64,000 nucleotides of DNA, taken from the NCBI GenBank assembly GCA_964016885.1, contig OZ024742.1, forward strand, positions 109,430,001-109,494,000, written 5' to 3'. The stretch is from Eledone cirrhosa. Lineage: Eukaryota. Within the stretch, counting starts at the first letter, position 1. The number at the start of each line of letters is the position of its first letter. Below are positions 16,330-31,597 of the stretch, piece by piece. Below the pieces are notes generated by a model. That model was not told where the DNA came from. It saw only the letters and a list, made by a program, of their open reading frames with translations, and did no database searches. The position numbers and the translations under genes are program-made.

Positions 16330-16650
16330 GACGATTGTTTGATCAACGTTTGACCAACAAAAACAACTTTCTTGTGAAATTAATGCGCAAGTGACTGAAT
16401 ATTCCACCGACATGTGTATTCAAAACAGTTTCATGGAGATTCAACGTTACACAGTGCCTGAGTGTCTAGTAAAGCTGGCCCTTTGAATTGCAAGTAACAT
16501 TCGGGCAGCTCACTGATTCTAGCTAAATAGACTTCAGTAACGGGAAAAAGCGTCTTGTTCAAATATGTAACTCCTCACCACAAGGTTCAAGAATCGAACT
16601 CACGACCTTACGATTCTGAGCCGAATCACTAATCCACACACCTTCACATG
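16330..16650 (-). mobile_element. Degenerate tRNA-derived SINE, family 2
   Basis: GAATCGAACTCACGACCTTACGAT (reverse B-box region); homologous to 28411-28780 and 41600-41830. Confidence 0.6.
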
Positions 16651-16724
16651 TGATTAATAAACAATAAAAGTGGAATAATCAAAATCTAAGATTCCGTACC
16701 CAAATAACTAAAAGAAAGTAGGAC

Positions 16725-17005
16725 TTGAGGTTAACCATCTAAAGTTAACTATTTGAGATTAACCATATGATATTAACCATTTGAGGTTTATAATCTGAGG
16801 TTCACAATCTGCGGTTCACTATCTGCGGTTAACCGTCTGGAATTAATTCTCTGGAGTTAACTCTCTGAAGTTAACTATCTAACGGTAATCATATGAGAAT
16901 AGTCATCGGAGTTTAATCATCTGAGGTTAGCCATTTTAGGCTAATAATCTCAGTTTAACCACCTGACGTTAACCACCTGATGTTACTTATCTGAGGTTAA
17001 CCATT
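16725..17005. repeat. ~15-bp degenerate minisatellite (TGAGGTTAACCATC-like)
   Basis: About 18 diverged units with a GGTTAACC core. Confidence 0.85.
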
Positions 17006-17762
17006 GATATTTTTTCAGAGAAGTGGCAAATGATAGGCAAAATCTCGAGTACACTGGACTAAAAATATATTAAACTATTTACTTTCCTTTCTTTACCTTC
17101 ATCACAAGAGTCGATTTCGTCCTTTCATCTCTCCGTGATCGATAAAATGGAAACTCCAGGTATATACTGGAGTTGATTGATTGATGGAATCTTCTGTACT
17201 CACCTCTACACCATCAAAATGGTTTCCGTCTTTCTTCTGATCAATAATAATAACAATAATAATAAAGATAAAGACGAGATTAAAGGTTGTGGGTTAAATG
17301 AGGTGATGATGGTGATAGTGGTGGTGTGAATGGTGAAAGAAGTATCTGAATGATGAAAGTCTTATGACATTTTCCAAGTTTTATGTTTCATGTGGGAAGC
17401 TGGGAGGCGTTGTTATATCTTGAAAGTGACAAAATAAAACTGAGCGAAGATCTTCAAATGAAGTAGTTTAAAGCTATTCGCTACTTTCGTCGGCAAATGT
17501 GTTTTATTCGTATGTACGTATGTTTACATCATAGTACTACTACACACATACACATACTGCATTATATATACATATATATAATTATATATATCATCAGCAG
17601 CAGCAGGATCAGGAAAAAGGTAAGCTCTATCGCACACAATCGGTATATAAATGCGTAAATACTATATAGAATACTTTAAATAATAAATACTTAGAAAGGA
17701 TATAATATCAATGCATTTTTGCAGCATAGAGTTATGGCCCTTTATGGTCTGAGTTCAAATTT

Positions 17763-18037
17763 CAAACTTTATTTGCTCTACGGTTCTTATATATTTGATA
17801 TATATTTATCCTTATCGAGCCCTCTTTGGATTTTAATCTTCAAATTTATTATTATTACTATATATATATCATTATATGGACGCCATGCTTTGACGCATAG
17901 TGTTACGGCCCTTGCCATTCTGAGTTCAAATCCCGCCGAGGTTAACTTTGCTTTCATTCTTACGGAGTCGATAAAATAAAGCACCAGTAATGTACTGGGG
18001 TAATTTCTGGTCTTGTGCTAAAAGTAGAAACAATTAT
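17763..18037 (+). repeat. Composite duplicate: family C fragment plus 5'-truncated SINE family 1
   Basis: Near-identical to 25301-25573. Confidence 0.85.
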
Positions 18038-18906
18038 TTAAACTATTAAGTTATCTGTGAGAAAATAATACATTTGGTACCGATATAAAATATTTTAGTA
18101 TTTAATAAATGAGCCTGCAATTTTGACAACCTGTATATTACGATTCTGATCTAGATGGTTTAATCCAGTGGTTTCCAACATTTTCTTTCCTAAGGAAGCC
18201 TATAATTTAAATGAATTTTCCAACGGATCTGCAGCTACAATCAATCTCTCACAGATTTTATAGTGGTAATAACAATGAAAATAGAGAGATATCTATACTT
18301 AGAGAAGGATATCCAATAGATGTCTATATTGTGTTTTTTAACAAAGTACCTGAACTTTTGAACATTGTTCTCGAAGCGCAGCACTTTATCACCATTTGAT
18401 ACGATAAGACTGATGTTAATATTGTTTAGTGATAGGTATATCACTGATATAGTCTATCACCATTTGATACGACAAAACTAATAGTATGAATATATTCAAT
18501 GACAGTTATATAATCATTGATTGGTTACTGATGTTTATTGATTGCAATTGATTGGGTTATTTGTATTAATTAGCCAGAGCTTAATCTATGAAAGCTTTTT
18601 AGTAATTGCTGTGAAACACAGCACTTAGTTCGACAAACATAGATTTGATTTGATGGGTGCAACAATTCTTCTATAGTGAAGGCAGAATTTATTTCCAGAT
18701 ACTTCATAGCAATCACAAAAGCTAACACAACTCAGGGGTAGTCCTTTTTTTAATGTATTTCATTTGTGGTGATGGCATTATCAAATTTTTATATATACAC
18801 ATTTTCAAATATATACACATTGCAATATTTTTCGGCCTCTGCCGTATGGAATCGATGAAATTAATTTAACCAAAAACCAAAGTCTTTATATTATATATGT
18901 ATACAT

Positions 18907-18996
<90 letters not shown>

Positions 18997-19153
18997 GTAG
19001 TAGGGAGTCAGTGCCAAACGGCTGAGCTCTTGCCATTTCGACAATAAGATCCCTATACTCTACATTGAGTACTTTTTTAACTGTGCCCCCCATCAACACA
19101 AATCGGGAATCTACATATTATATATAGAGAGAGGAGGGAGAGAGAGAGAGATA

Positions 19154-19194
<41 letters not shown>

Positions 19195-19714
19195 AGAGAG
19201 GGGGCGGGGTAGCCTCAAACTAGAGATTTGGCTCAAAAAGTACAACTGAGTGGACGTCTCTACTAAAGCACCTAAGGGCTGGGAGAGGATAAATTAAGTG
19301 TTTTTTCCTGGGACACGGGACACAAAGAGCTATAACAAACACCACAAGGCATCTTTTCTGTCGCTAAAATAATTCCACCATTCCACTGCCTTGGACTGGC
19401 ACTTTATTCCATGGACAACAAAGGCATTAATGGCAACGTTATTCTCAACGGGAATTCAACTGAGAGACTAGAGAGAAGGAAGAAATAACACTGCTAGACA
19501 TTTTGTCCTGCTGCCCTAGGGAGAGAAACCGATTGTCAGACCAGACGAAGGAAACAATGTTTCAATTGGTCTTTCGATTGCTAATACCATCTGCCGATCA
19601 CAACACTTGTCAGAAACAAAGGAAGGGTCTGATCATCAGATCGAACGAAGGAAACAAGTTTCGATTTGCCTTTCCATTGCTAATACTATCTGTCGGTCGC
19701 AACTTCTCGAAGAA

Positions 19715-19832
19715 GTAGCAACGTGAAATAAAGTATTTTGCTCCCAAAATGCAACACGCCTCCCGGTCAAGGGGTCGAATTAATGATCTCATGATCGTAA
19801 GTCCAACACCCTAACCACTGGGCCACGTACCA
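19715..19832 (-). mobile_element. SINE family 2 head
   Basis: Reverse strand GTACGTGGCCCAGTGGTTAGGGTGTTGG.. tRNA-like A-box. Confidence 0.6.
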
Positions 19833-20274
19833 CCCCAACGACCCTGCCGATTCACCTCGTTGGTATGTCTGTCATTGAAACGCAATGGCGCAGACATCAG
19901 ATGAAGTATTGCACAGCAAGAAGGTTTCAACATATCTGACAATCTGTACGAAGAACTATGGAGAGCAAGTAGTTTGTGATGTGTGTGTATGTGCGTGTGC
20001 ATGTATGTGTGAGCGTATGTGTGAGTTTTGTGAGTCTATGTATATGTATAATTGTTTTTGTGTGTGTTTGTGTGTGTCTATGTATGTATATGTGTGCATG
20101 TGTAAGCAGGTGTTTGTGTGTCTGTGTGTGTGTGTTTAATTTATTACCATAGCGTTATAGGATTTACTGGAGCGGAGATGATTGAAACTACGGAATAACA
20201 TTCGGAGCAAATATGTTGCTGTAGTTGCAACAATAGCAGGCACAACAACAACAAACAGCATACACACACACACC

Positions 20275-20332
<58 letters not shown>

Positions 20333-20553
20333 CCAGTGCCACCTCACCAACGACGACAACAGCAGCAATTCTAAAGATGACAATATGTTGCAACAAATAC
20401 TATTTATAATTATTATATATCTTTATCGCACAGGCACACATATACCTATGTACATACATACATACATACATACATACATACATACATACATACATACATA
20501 CACACACATACTCACATATATATATATATATAAACACATATATATATATATAA

Positions 20554-20638
<85 letters not shown>

Positions 20639-20806
20639 CAGGTGTGTGTGTGCGTCTGTGCGTCTGTGTGTGTGCATATGTGTATGCGCACGCGCGTGTG
20701 TGTGTGTGTGTTGTGTGATTGATGTGTTACTGTTATTAAAGAGTGTAAACGAGAAATTAAGATTAGTTGTTCGTTCATATAGTCTTTGAATAAATTGTTT
20801 GTTTTT

Positions 20807-20935
<129 letters not shown>

Positions 20936-20957
20936 TCCGTACAACCAAACAAACTAT

Positions 20958-21000
<43 letters not shown>

Positions 21001-21002
<2 letters not shown>

Positions 21003-21371
21003 TTCGTTTTTGTTTTGCAAGATTTCTTATGTGAAAACGTGTGTTGAAACAGATATTGTTATACTTTGGGAGGGTCGTGCTTCCAATAAAGACACATGCG
21101 CCTGCTGGTTTTCCCTTCAATTTATTATAAATGTCCGGTTGACTGGTTGGTTGGTTCGATAACCGAAAGGTTGTTTATATATTTTCAAAGCTCTTTCGTT
21201 ACACATTCTGTGACCTCCTCAGTGACTGGGTTTTTATTTTGTGTCTCTTCGTTATGTCCTACACTGTCTTGTTTTTGTGTGTTATGCGTTGTGTGCTTAG
21301 CTTGCGCATGCGCTACATCCGGTGGTGTCTGTGTGTTTTTATTTATTTTATTATGTGTTTATTTATTTGTC

Positions 21372-21372
<1 letters not shown>
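21001..21372 (-). mobile_element. PLE family A terminal fragment next to (TA)n
   Basis: AAAACGTGTGTTGAAACAGATATTGTTATACTTTGGGAGGGTC shared with 45575, 49140, 61855 and 63270-63310. Confidence 0.7.
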
Positions 21373-21469
<97 letters not shown>

Positions 21470-21949
21470 TGCGCGCGTGTGTGTGCGCGTGTGTGTGCGC
21501 GTGTGTGTGTGCGTGTGTGTGCGTGCGTGTGCGTGTGTGTAATGTATTATCCCGTCGAAAACAACGTATGAGTATTCAGGGAAGAACTGGTTAGTGGATT
21601 TCAGAAAAGAAAATTCCAGACGTTATTTCATTTGGTGAGCATGTATGTGTAATTTCAGGCATGTAGCATTTTTACAGGGGCGGTAACAGACACAGCATGT
21701 CAAGTTTTCCATGTTTTTTAGGAACAATATTTCTTGAGATGACTCTTTAGCCGAGCGTTTGACCCTACTGAAAAGTTGCAGTGAAGACATTGATAGTTTG
21801 CAAGAACAGAGTTAAATTGATAATTGTATCTTCGATTTACATACAACTATTCTTGATGACAAATACGTTCTTTTTCAAAGTTAACAAGCTTCCTATGGTA
21901 TTGCTTTCTCCCTCCCCTCAGTCCTATTATTGGCAATATTTTCTCAGCT

Positions 21950-24020
21950 GTTAATCTTCATATTCATACGTTTCAAATTGTTCATAAGCTTGGCTTCATA
22001 GCGAAGTAGTAGTCGGCCTACTTTTCAACGAGAACCTTTAATTTGACCAAATAAGACTTGCTTTGGGATTCTTTCATCATTCATTCTAAAAAGTGCGGCC
22101 ACACCATCTCATCTGAAATTTAATTAAGAACGTTTCTATTCCAGAAATAACGCTTTGCTATTTTTCACTTTATCATCTCATTTTACACCACATATCTGTC
22201 TTAGACACTTCGTACGGAAACTGCTCATTTGATTTATGTGTTTGCGATAGGGAGTCGAGGATTTTGCCCCAAAAAGAGAACAGCAACTTCATAGATATCG
22301 AGTTATGTTTTAATTGACACATCATAGTTTACTAAAAGCTGAACTTGCCTTTCCTATGCGTATTTTGGCTTCCTTTGCCTAACTTTGAATCACTAATTAC
22401 AGTTGATCCAAATTAAGTAAAACTACTGAGTTTTGCCTTCAACATAAATCCGTGGCTGGGTTTCGAGACTATTTACTGGTCTTGGTTGAAACATGAGTTC
22501 AGACATCTTTATGCTTATTGTTAGCCCGAAAGCTGTATCTGCTGAAGCAAACGTATCAACAATGAACTACAGTACTCGTAGGGAATTTGCAAGTAATGCA
22601 CAGTCATCTGCAAAGTGCAAATCGCGTAACGACGTTTGATACGCTATTCCAGTCCTTGCTTTGAAGCGTTGCTGATTGAAGATGACTCCTGTAGTTCGGT
22701 ATTCCAATAGGACACCTTCAATAACGTCTAAGAAAGAATATTGTAACACTACCAAAAAGAATAAGACAAAGAGCACTGGGAGCAATATACATCCTTGATT
22801 TGTACAATTTTACACACCAAAGGACTCTGATTATTCACAGTTAGATTATACAAAGGCTTTCATGTCTTTATCAGATTCAGAGTTCCAGATCTGCACAAGC
22901 AGTTCAGTGAGTTTCTGTATCAGACCATTGCCTCAACACTTAAAACTTTCTCCAGGTATGCCATCTTCCTCAGGGGCTTTCTCATTTATCAGTCGCTTAA
23001 TAACTGCCTTTACCTCTGCTGTGGATGGTGTGCTTGCAGTAAAATCCATAATTAGTCTCTGGGTAAGGTTTTCTATCATATTTGTATCACCATTTGATTC
23101 CCTGTTGAGTACGTCTTTAAAATGTTCTGCCCAGTGCTTTATTATATCCTACCTATCTGTCAAGAGATTGCCATCAACTGATGGGGTGGGAGAGCATCCA
23201 TTCCTGTTTGGTCCAAACACTCCCTTCAAATTTCGATATAAAGACTTATTTTTCATGCAACTTCGCACTAAAGCATGGTCCGATCCACTCGTTGTCGGGG
23301 GAAAGGCTCGAGTTAGTGTGGCATGACTTTTATCATAGCTGCGCACCATGACATAGTCAAGCATATACCCATGACGTGATCTACGTTGCGTCAAGGTGAG
23401 TTTATATTTATCAGCTTGTTGAAACAAGGTATTTGATATACAGAGACGAAACTCACTGCTCAAGGAGGGCAAAGAAAGTCCATTTGAATTGACTTACCGA
23501 GACCATGTTGGCAGTTAAAATGGTTTGAACCAACGCTAGCATTGAAATCACTAACGTGTATGATCTTGTTGTATCTTGTCACACGGTTTAAAAGTTCACG
23601 AAGATCAGAGTAAACTCTACTTTTTATAGTCTCAGAAAAGTTCAATTTTGGGGCATAGCAGCTGATCAAGGTGACATGTTTGTCTTTACAATGATTCAAG
23701 GTTATTTGCAATGCCAGTTCTGAGGGCAAAGGCCATCTAAATTTTTTGTTTTTCGGTTTCAGGTTTGCCAATTCAAAAGGTGTAACCACTGCGTATTTCC
23801 TTAAGCTGACCAGAGCCTGGAAGTCTTGTTCCCAATAAGATAGCAATGTCAATGTGTTTCCTTCATAGCATGTGCAACAATGACTGTTCTCCACTAATGT
23901 TGTTTCTTGTGGTCTTGCAGTGTACGTACATTCCAAGCCGTCCTATAAATCTTCTTTCTTTTGTATTAATTCGAATGCAAGATTCGACGTCCAATCAACT
24001 GCAGCTTGGCGACTGGATTA
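21950..24020 (-). pseudogene. Decayed RTE-clade LINE (APE endonuclease plus RT)
   Basis: TLISCYAP..SDFNASVG, LCISNTLFQQADKYK..LDYVMVR and RDLHFADDCALLA in several frames. Confidence 0.85.
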
Positions 24021-24385
24021 AGGGAGCAAACAATTTTTAGTGCACCTTTTCTAGCCCTCTCCCATTTCTGAGAAAGCAGTGCCAGCCTAGATAGGGCTGC
24101 TTTGTAGATAGGAAGAGGACACGGACTGTGAAATTGCTCACGGGTGTTTCACAGAACGGCCATCTAAATTTTACTATCATACGTGCAAGTATATATATAT
24201 ATATATATATATACTTGTGTATATATACAAATATATTTGTACGTACAAACATATATAGATACATATGTACACACATACATACATACATACATACACACAC
24301 ATACATACGTACATACATACATACATACATACATACATACATACATACATACATACATACATACATACATACATACATACATACA

Positions 24386-24417
<32 letters not shown>

Positions 24418-24927
24418 ATTTTCAAGTTTCCTATAGAGCCATATGTCTTCGAACAACGCCACAATGGTTATTTTCGTCTGAATCCTGTCATTAGACAACA
24501 ATTTTCTCTCGTAACCCAGACATTAAACTATGAATTTATATTTTAGCTCTAGAGCCACAACAACAATAACAACAAAAATAATGATGATAAAATTAAAAGT
24601 GGAGGCAACAACAACTTCAACAATAGCGATGACAAATCACAGCATCAATACCGACCACGACAACAACAAAAGCAACAGCAACAATAACAACCGCAAATAC
24701 AACAAATACAACAGCAGCAACTACAACAGCAACAACAACAATGACAGAAAAAACTACAAAATCTAATACAACCACCACACACATAATAACAACAACGAGA
24801 CAATATAAACATAATTATTTCTTTAAAAGTTGTAATAAAACATTTAGAGGAAAAAGAAAACAGTAAATTTGTTCAAATTTAAAATAGCGATTTAATAGTT
24901 TCACTATTAACTGACAGTTTCTCGTTA

Positions 24928-25042
<115 letters not shown>

Positions 25043-25124
25043 GCTAAATCTTATGTTTCACATATTCATATATACATACATATAAAAGATTCATACACAA
25101 AAAAGACACGCAGACGGGTGCACA

Positions 25125-25573
<449 letters not shown>

Positions 25574-25724
25574 ATATATATATCTCCATATTTATATAAG
25601 GAGACTGGAAAATTGATGCTTAATATATTGTATCAATCCATCTAACTATTGATATGTATGTCATATTGGCGCCCCTACGATTTCACGTTTTGTCAAATGT
25701 AAGTAAATATATATGTATATATTT

Positions 25725-25870
25725 GTGTCAGGTCGATCCTGGGTGCCACTGATATCATGTAACACAGGAGCGACCTTCAATTCGGCTTAATGAAGAGGGT
25801 CATTTTAGACACCCTGCGGGATGAAAAACGGAACCTGACAAAGGTCAGAACTCTTCAGAGTCAATGGCCA
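25725..25870 (+). mobile_element. Diverged copy of the RTE family 1 5' module
   Basis: GTCAGGTC..GAGGGTCATTTTAGACACCCTGC..AACCTGACAAAGG..CTCTTCAGAGTCAATGGCCA. Confidence 0.6.
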
Positions 25871-26108
25871 GCCAGTAGCGTTTAAGTGAAGATGATGAAT
25901 CCTTAATACAATGACAACCTATTTTAAGGTAATGAAAGGGTTAAGTAATCATATTGGTGGCCTCCCCACAGCCCCGGCGGACAGAATGGAGAAGGCGTTT
26001 CCTCGGAGGATGGTAAGGGAGATGTACATATTTATATATGGTGTGAGTGTGTAAATATGTTCATGTGGAGGGATTGTTTGTGCGCGTGCGTGTATGTGTA
26101 TCCATATA

Positions 26109-26218
<110 letters not shown>

Positions 26219-26239
26219 CATATATATATAATATATATA

Positions 26240-26294
26240 TGAAATAATTAATAATTTTATTTACAGGTTTAAACATTAAAAAAAAATTATTTTA

Positions 26295-26346
<52 letters not shown>

Positions 26347-26400
26347 TAAAATAATTGTTTTTTTAATCTTTAAACAAGTAAATAATTCTTTTTTATTTCA
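26240..26400. repeat. Imperfect inverted repeat centred on (TA)n
   Basis: TATTTAC.GTTTAAA..AATTATTTTACTTATA mirrored by TATAAGTAAAATAATT..TTTAAAC.AGTAAATA. Confidence 0.75.
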
Positions 26401-27390
26401 TTCTACCTTATCTATTTTATTTGTTTGTCTGGAAAAGCCTGCAGTTGATACAGATACCAATCATCTTGCATCTGCTTGTCATTGGATTCTAGCTGCTGAT
26501 ATTTAGGGAGCAACATGTGTATAGCACAAACACATTGCTGCATTGATCTCCTTGTGTAGATATCTCTTCAAAATCCTGCGGCGATTTGAATGCAGTGACG
26601 ACGTATACAGACTTAACAAGTTGGAGGTAATCTAAACGCAGGCGACTTAAGGCTTATCTAAAGTTGTTGCCGGTTTTCGAAATGGAAACCTGCTTGAGTT
26701 GAATATTTTGTGACTGAGAATTCCTTTCAAGAGAGAACACTGTTCACTCAAATCTTGGAACGTGTTTAGAAAATGTGACCCGGATATTGTCTGTTCCACT
26801 CTCAAACTGGTCGTCTATCTGCGGTTGACTACTCACATACCGACAGGAAATATAAGACGAGCACGGTAATGTAAGAATATAAAGTTTTGCTGTGATTGAT
26901 AATGCAATTCGGTTTCGATCCTTTATTGCTATCAGAACATTTCACTCAGACAGTCAATGCCTATTGGGAAAGATAACTTCCCATTTCTTTCCACTCCTAA
27001 AATACGTACCTGATTAAATAAAGTTCAAAATAGGTAAACATTAACTTTTCCTGGTCGTATTTCTAATGAAATACATTTCAATTAATTGATGAGTAAATTT
27101 CAGGGATTTACAAAAATTATTATTTCATTACTAAGATATTAACTTAACATAAGGTTCTTATATAAAATTATATTGAATGAGTGTAATGTAAATAGGAACC
27201 AAATATGCTGTTTTGTTTCATAAAACCAGACTTGTTTTTGGCTATGTTAGTGTGGTTGATCCTAGAATCCTGAAGGTCATTATATGGAATCCTGAAGGTC
27301 ATTATAATTAATGCACTAGAATAAATTGTTTTTTTAAAACTTAACCTGGAGTGAGGGCAATACCCTTGATCCTTTTCAGGGCCTCCAAAA

Positions 27391-27575
27391 TAATTGTTTC
27401 TACTTTTGGCACAAGGCCAGCAATTAATCCAGTGTATTACTGGTACTTTATTTTATCGACCCCGTAAGGATGAAAGGCAAAGTTAACCTCGGCGAGATTT
27501 GAACTCAGATAATAAAGGGCCGTAACTCTTTGCTGCAAAGAATGGCGTCCGATCCTCTACCGATACTGCCAATCC
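27391..27575 (-). mobile_element. tRNA-derived SINE family 1 with an 18-bp target-site duplication
   Basis: CAGGGCCTCCAAAATAAT at 27377 and 27575; B-box GAGTTCAAAT; Nin/Deu-like core CTTTCATCCTTACGGGGTCGATAAAATAAAGTACCAG. Confidence 0.9.
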
Positions 27576-28410
27576 AGGGCCTCCAAAATAATGGAAGTGA
27601 GGAAGGTTTCTCTAGATTTGAGACTTGGTTTGGATGCTTGCAACAAAGTTTACGCCGCTAAAGACGTTCAAGAATCAAGCTTCGTGTTAAGTCGACCGGT
27701 GGATTAAGTCGACCGCGTATGTACGTCACGGCAGATTTTGATGTCAGGACACAAAAACAAAAACAGGAGAAATTCAAAAGACATATCGTCTGACGCTCTT
27801 ACAATTCCACCAGTTCATAATCTCGAACTGGTAATATATTATCATCTCTGGAGAAATGAAATGCAATTTTTAGCTGAACGTGATTTGAACACAGAAAACA
27901 AGGGGTCGGAATAGATACCACAAAGAATTCAGACTGACGCTCTAACGCTTCTGCCTTCTGTCAATTCACCGCGGTAGTATATAGAGTGGGTCATTTACAC
28001 CAGTAATATAATAGATTCAAATCAATCAACTACACGATATAACTTCACCGCTTTACTCTGTGACTAAACCATTATGAATGGCCGTAAATCTGATAATTTT
28101 CATCAGCAACCAATTCTGTCATTATAAAGCTACAACATTTACACTAAAACTACTTAACATTTACACACTAAAACAATAAATAATCAATAATTACATGACA
28201 AGATCAAAATATAAGAAATCCATACTGTCTCCTAATAACCATCTTTCATCGATAGCTTCATGTATGACATATATGTACTACATAAACTACAGTTGATAGG
28301 CATCGGTGGTTAATGTGGCAGAAAATAAAGTAATATTGCCGTCATTAGAAGAAGAGCTCTAACTTATTTTATCGACTCTTATTTTTCTATCTACTATAAT
28401 ACATTGTACA

Positions 28411-28780
28411 GGTACGTGGTTTAGTGGTTAGGGTATTCGGTTCACGAGCTTAAGTTTGCGTGGTGTGTAACCTTCAGCAAGTTACTTTACGTATTTCATA
28501 TTGTTCCAGTCATTCAGCTAGAAAATGAGATGAATCTGTAATTCAAAGCGCCAGCCTGGTTACACTGTGTGTCACGCTTAATCTCCTTAAAAACTATATT
28601 AAGGTTAGAGGTGTCTGAGGAATACTTAACCCCTTGCACTATAATAAAGAGAGACAGTACCTGTAATTCGAAAGACCAACCTAGTTATACACTGTTTCAC
28701 GCTGAAATTCCCTGAGAAATATGTTGAGGGTATATGTAAGTAAACCCCTATAGTTGAGCACATATGCACAACAGTTTCTC
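28411..28780 (+). mobile_element. tRNA-derived SINE, family 2
   Basis: GGTACGTGGTTTAGTGGTTAGGGTATTCGG head; body shared with 49424 and 51898. Confidence 0.65.
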
Positions 28781-29108
28781 GTCGGTTAGTCATACGCTTA
28801 CAATAAGGAACAACCATGACACATTGTAATATAGTACATACAACAAAAATAGGTTAACATGAGTTCATAACATTATAATTATATGTAGAATTCTGCACAA
28901 AACAAGGCTTTACTCACATCCAAATACAAATCAAAAGTTTATACACTGATACAACATACGTGACACCAATTGTAACAACTGCCATGATTCAACCGTTGAA
29001 AATCAGACATCCACGATTTCCTACCACTCTAGCATACAGTGTATTACCAAATACACTATATATACATTCATATATACATCGCTATTTCAGAGCACCAATT
29101 CTAATTTC

Positions 29109-29142
<34 letters not shown>

Positions 29143-29201
29143 TGACAGAGTAGAACACACTTCAACAACATGTGTACCTATCTTTTCCACACCAATTCGG
29201 A

Positions 29202-29256
29202 CTGCCTGAAGAGATCACAGCCAATAATAGCTGTCACCGAAATATATAAATAGCAG
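29202..29256 (+). ncRNA. Hammerhead-like motif
   Basis: CTGAAGA-gatcACAGC..GCTGTcacc-GAAA-TATA-TA; stem I imperfect. Confidence 0.5.
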
Positions 29257-29330
29257 AAAATTATAACTTATAATAAACGAAGCCAAATTTTACATGTTTG
29301 ACTTACTTATTATATATATATATATATACA

Positions 29331-30049
29331 TATCCAAAATTAAAATTAAAATTAAGGGTTGTCATGTCTGAGAGACATGCACCATATCCACCGTAGAATA
29401 AGCTCAAAGATTAGATCCGAGCATTACATATCAACTAGAAATAGATTGACATATATATATAAAATAAATACATGAAACAATCACAGGGAATAATTTGTAA
29501 AGAATGTAGGCACACATAGCTAGGTAGGTAACTAATTAAAGTTTGACTAGAATATAGATACCTTTTAAAATGATTAATCTCCTTTGTATATATTTCTTTA
29601 AGTAAGAAATATATTTCACCTATAAATCCGTAAATCTCAGCAGTTAAATTATTGGGTGTTCACCAAAGGAGAAGAAAAATAACCATCTGTGTTTACAAAG
29701 CAAATGCAAATCTGTGAATGATTCGAACCACGTGTTACTTTTTTTTAAAAATACACTCGTTGAACAGCGTCATCCCAGTGGCGTGAATAGGACCAACGAC
29801 AGCCAGAAATAGCAGCCGAGCCTATTCAACTGAATTATCTCAATAATCAAGGGGCCGTATATATATATATCCAAAATTAAAATTAAGGGTTGTCATGTCT
29901 GAGAGACATGCGCCATATCCACCGTAGAATAAGCTCAAAGATTAGATCCGAGCATTACATATCAACGAGTGTATTTTTTTTTACATGCAACACGTGGTTC
30001 GAATCATTCACAGATTTGGATTTGCTTTGTAAACACAGATGGTTATTTT
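29331..30049. repeat. Direct repeat (29331-29435 / 29869-29965) fused to an inverted repeat (29676-29763 / 29961-30049)
   Basis: Direct sequence comparison. Confidence 0.85.
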
Positions 30050-30766
30050 GTGTGTGTGTTTGTCGTGTGTGTGTGTGTTCATTTTGGTCCACACAGTCAT
30101 GCATATATTTGATTGTTTATCAGAGTTAGTGTTTTTGCTTCCAACGTTCGTAAGATGGCGACATGATGAAACTATCTTGCTATCTTGAAACAAACAAATA
30201 CACAACAGCCACGTAAATGTTAAGTACTCACTTACCTGTACATGCTCAATCAATCAGACATCTAGCTATAAATCTATTTATCTATCAGTATATACATATA
30301 TGTGTGTGTGAGTGTTTGTGTGTGTCTATGTGTGCTTGTGTCAGTGTGTGTGAGTGTGTTTGTGTGTGTGTGTGTGTGTGAGTGTGTTTGTGTGTGCGTG
30401 TGTGTGTTTGTCTCTCTCTATCTCTCTCTCCCTATCTCTCTCTCTCTCTCTCTCCTTCTCTCTCTCTCTGCTGCAACCATTTTACCAATTGGAAGGTTCC
30501 TGTGCATGCCCACCCACACATACACATATACTTACACACATACATACACACACAAATACACACACAAGTACACACACATACTTATACGTACATATATAGA
30601 TGTTCTTTCCCCTATACTAGCTAAAAGCAAACCAATTTAGCAACGTTCTCTTTACCTCCAATATGGAAAAACAACAACACTCCTTGCTCACATTATCAGA
30701 TAACAAACACGACTGTTCCACCACCTCCACGGCCAGCACCAACATCACGACTACAACTATTACAAC

Positions 30767-30878
30767 GAAGAAGAAGAAGAAGAAGAAGAAGAAGAAGAAG
30801 AAGAAGAAGAAGAAGAAGAAGAAGAAGAAGAAGAAGAAGAAGAAGAAGAAGAAGAAGAAGAAGAAGAAGAAGAAGAAG

Positions 30879-30928
<50 letters not shown>

Positions 30929-30944
30929 CCACCACCACCACCAC
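30767..30944. repeat. Compound (GAA)n(CAA)n(CAC)n microsatellite
   Basis: Direct reading. Confidence 0.97.
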
Positions 30945-31548
30945 CTCTGCAAAGTTAGGACATATGCAACGACAAATGAAAATGTCCTCATTATCTATAG
31001 GAACGTATAATATATAATATAATATACGAAGGAAAAGACAGTCTCTGTCATTATTCTGTTATGTATCTTTTGGTATTGATTTCTGTCGGAATGGTAACGG
31101 TTAAAGCATGCTTACCATTACATTACACTACAAAATACATCGTCTACATCTTTTAATGTTAACCAACTTCAAAGTGAGCGGGGAATCGTTTTATTAGAAA
31201 TGTAAGCATATTCCTATAACGAACATGGTTTGTAGCTGTTTACTACCTCTTTTAGTCCTTTAGTTTGTTATTTTGTTATTTGGTGCATAAATATGTATAT
31301 GTGTGTGTGTGAGTGTGTTTATGTGTGTGTGTAAATATGAATGTATGTATTATGCATGTATGTATGTATGTATGTATGTATGTATGTATGTAGCGTTTTC
31401 AACACCATTAAATGGTAAATAATTGTTTCTACTTTAGGCACAAGGCCAGCAATTACCCAGTGCATTACTGGTACTTTATTTATTAAATGGTAAATAATAA
31501 CGCTATATTAGTTGAGTGTATTAAAGTAAAGACATAAAAAACAAATAA

Positions 31549-31597
<49 letters not shown>

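Noticed and set aside
18166-18250. hAT-like terminal CAGTGGTTTCCAA (similar at ~51724)
   Set aside because: No matching second inverted terminus or 8-bp target-site duplication identified
26430-26800. Possible decayed transposase or exon on the minus strand
   Set aside because: Only short open stretches and no diagnostic motif
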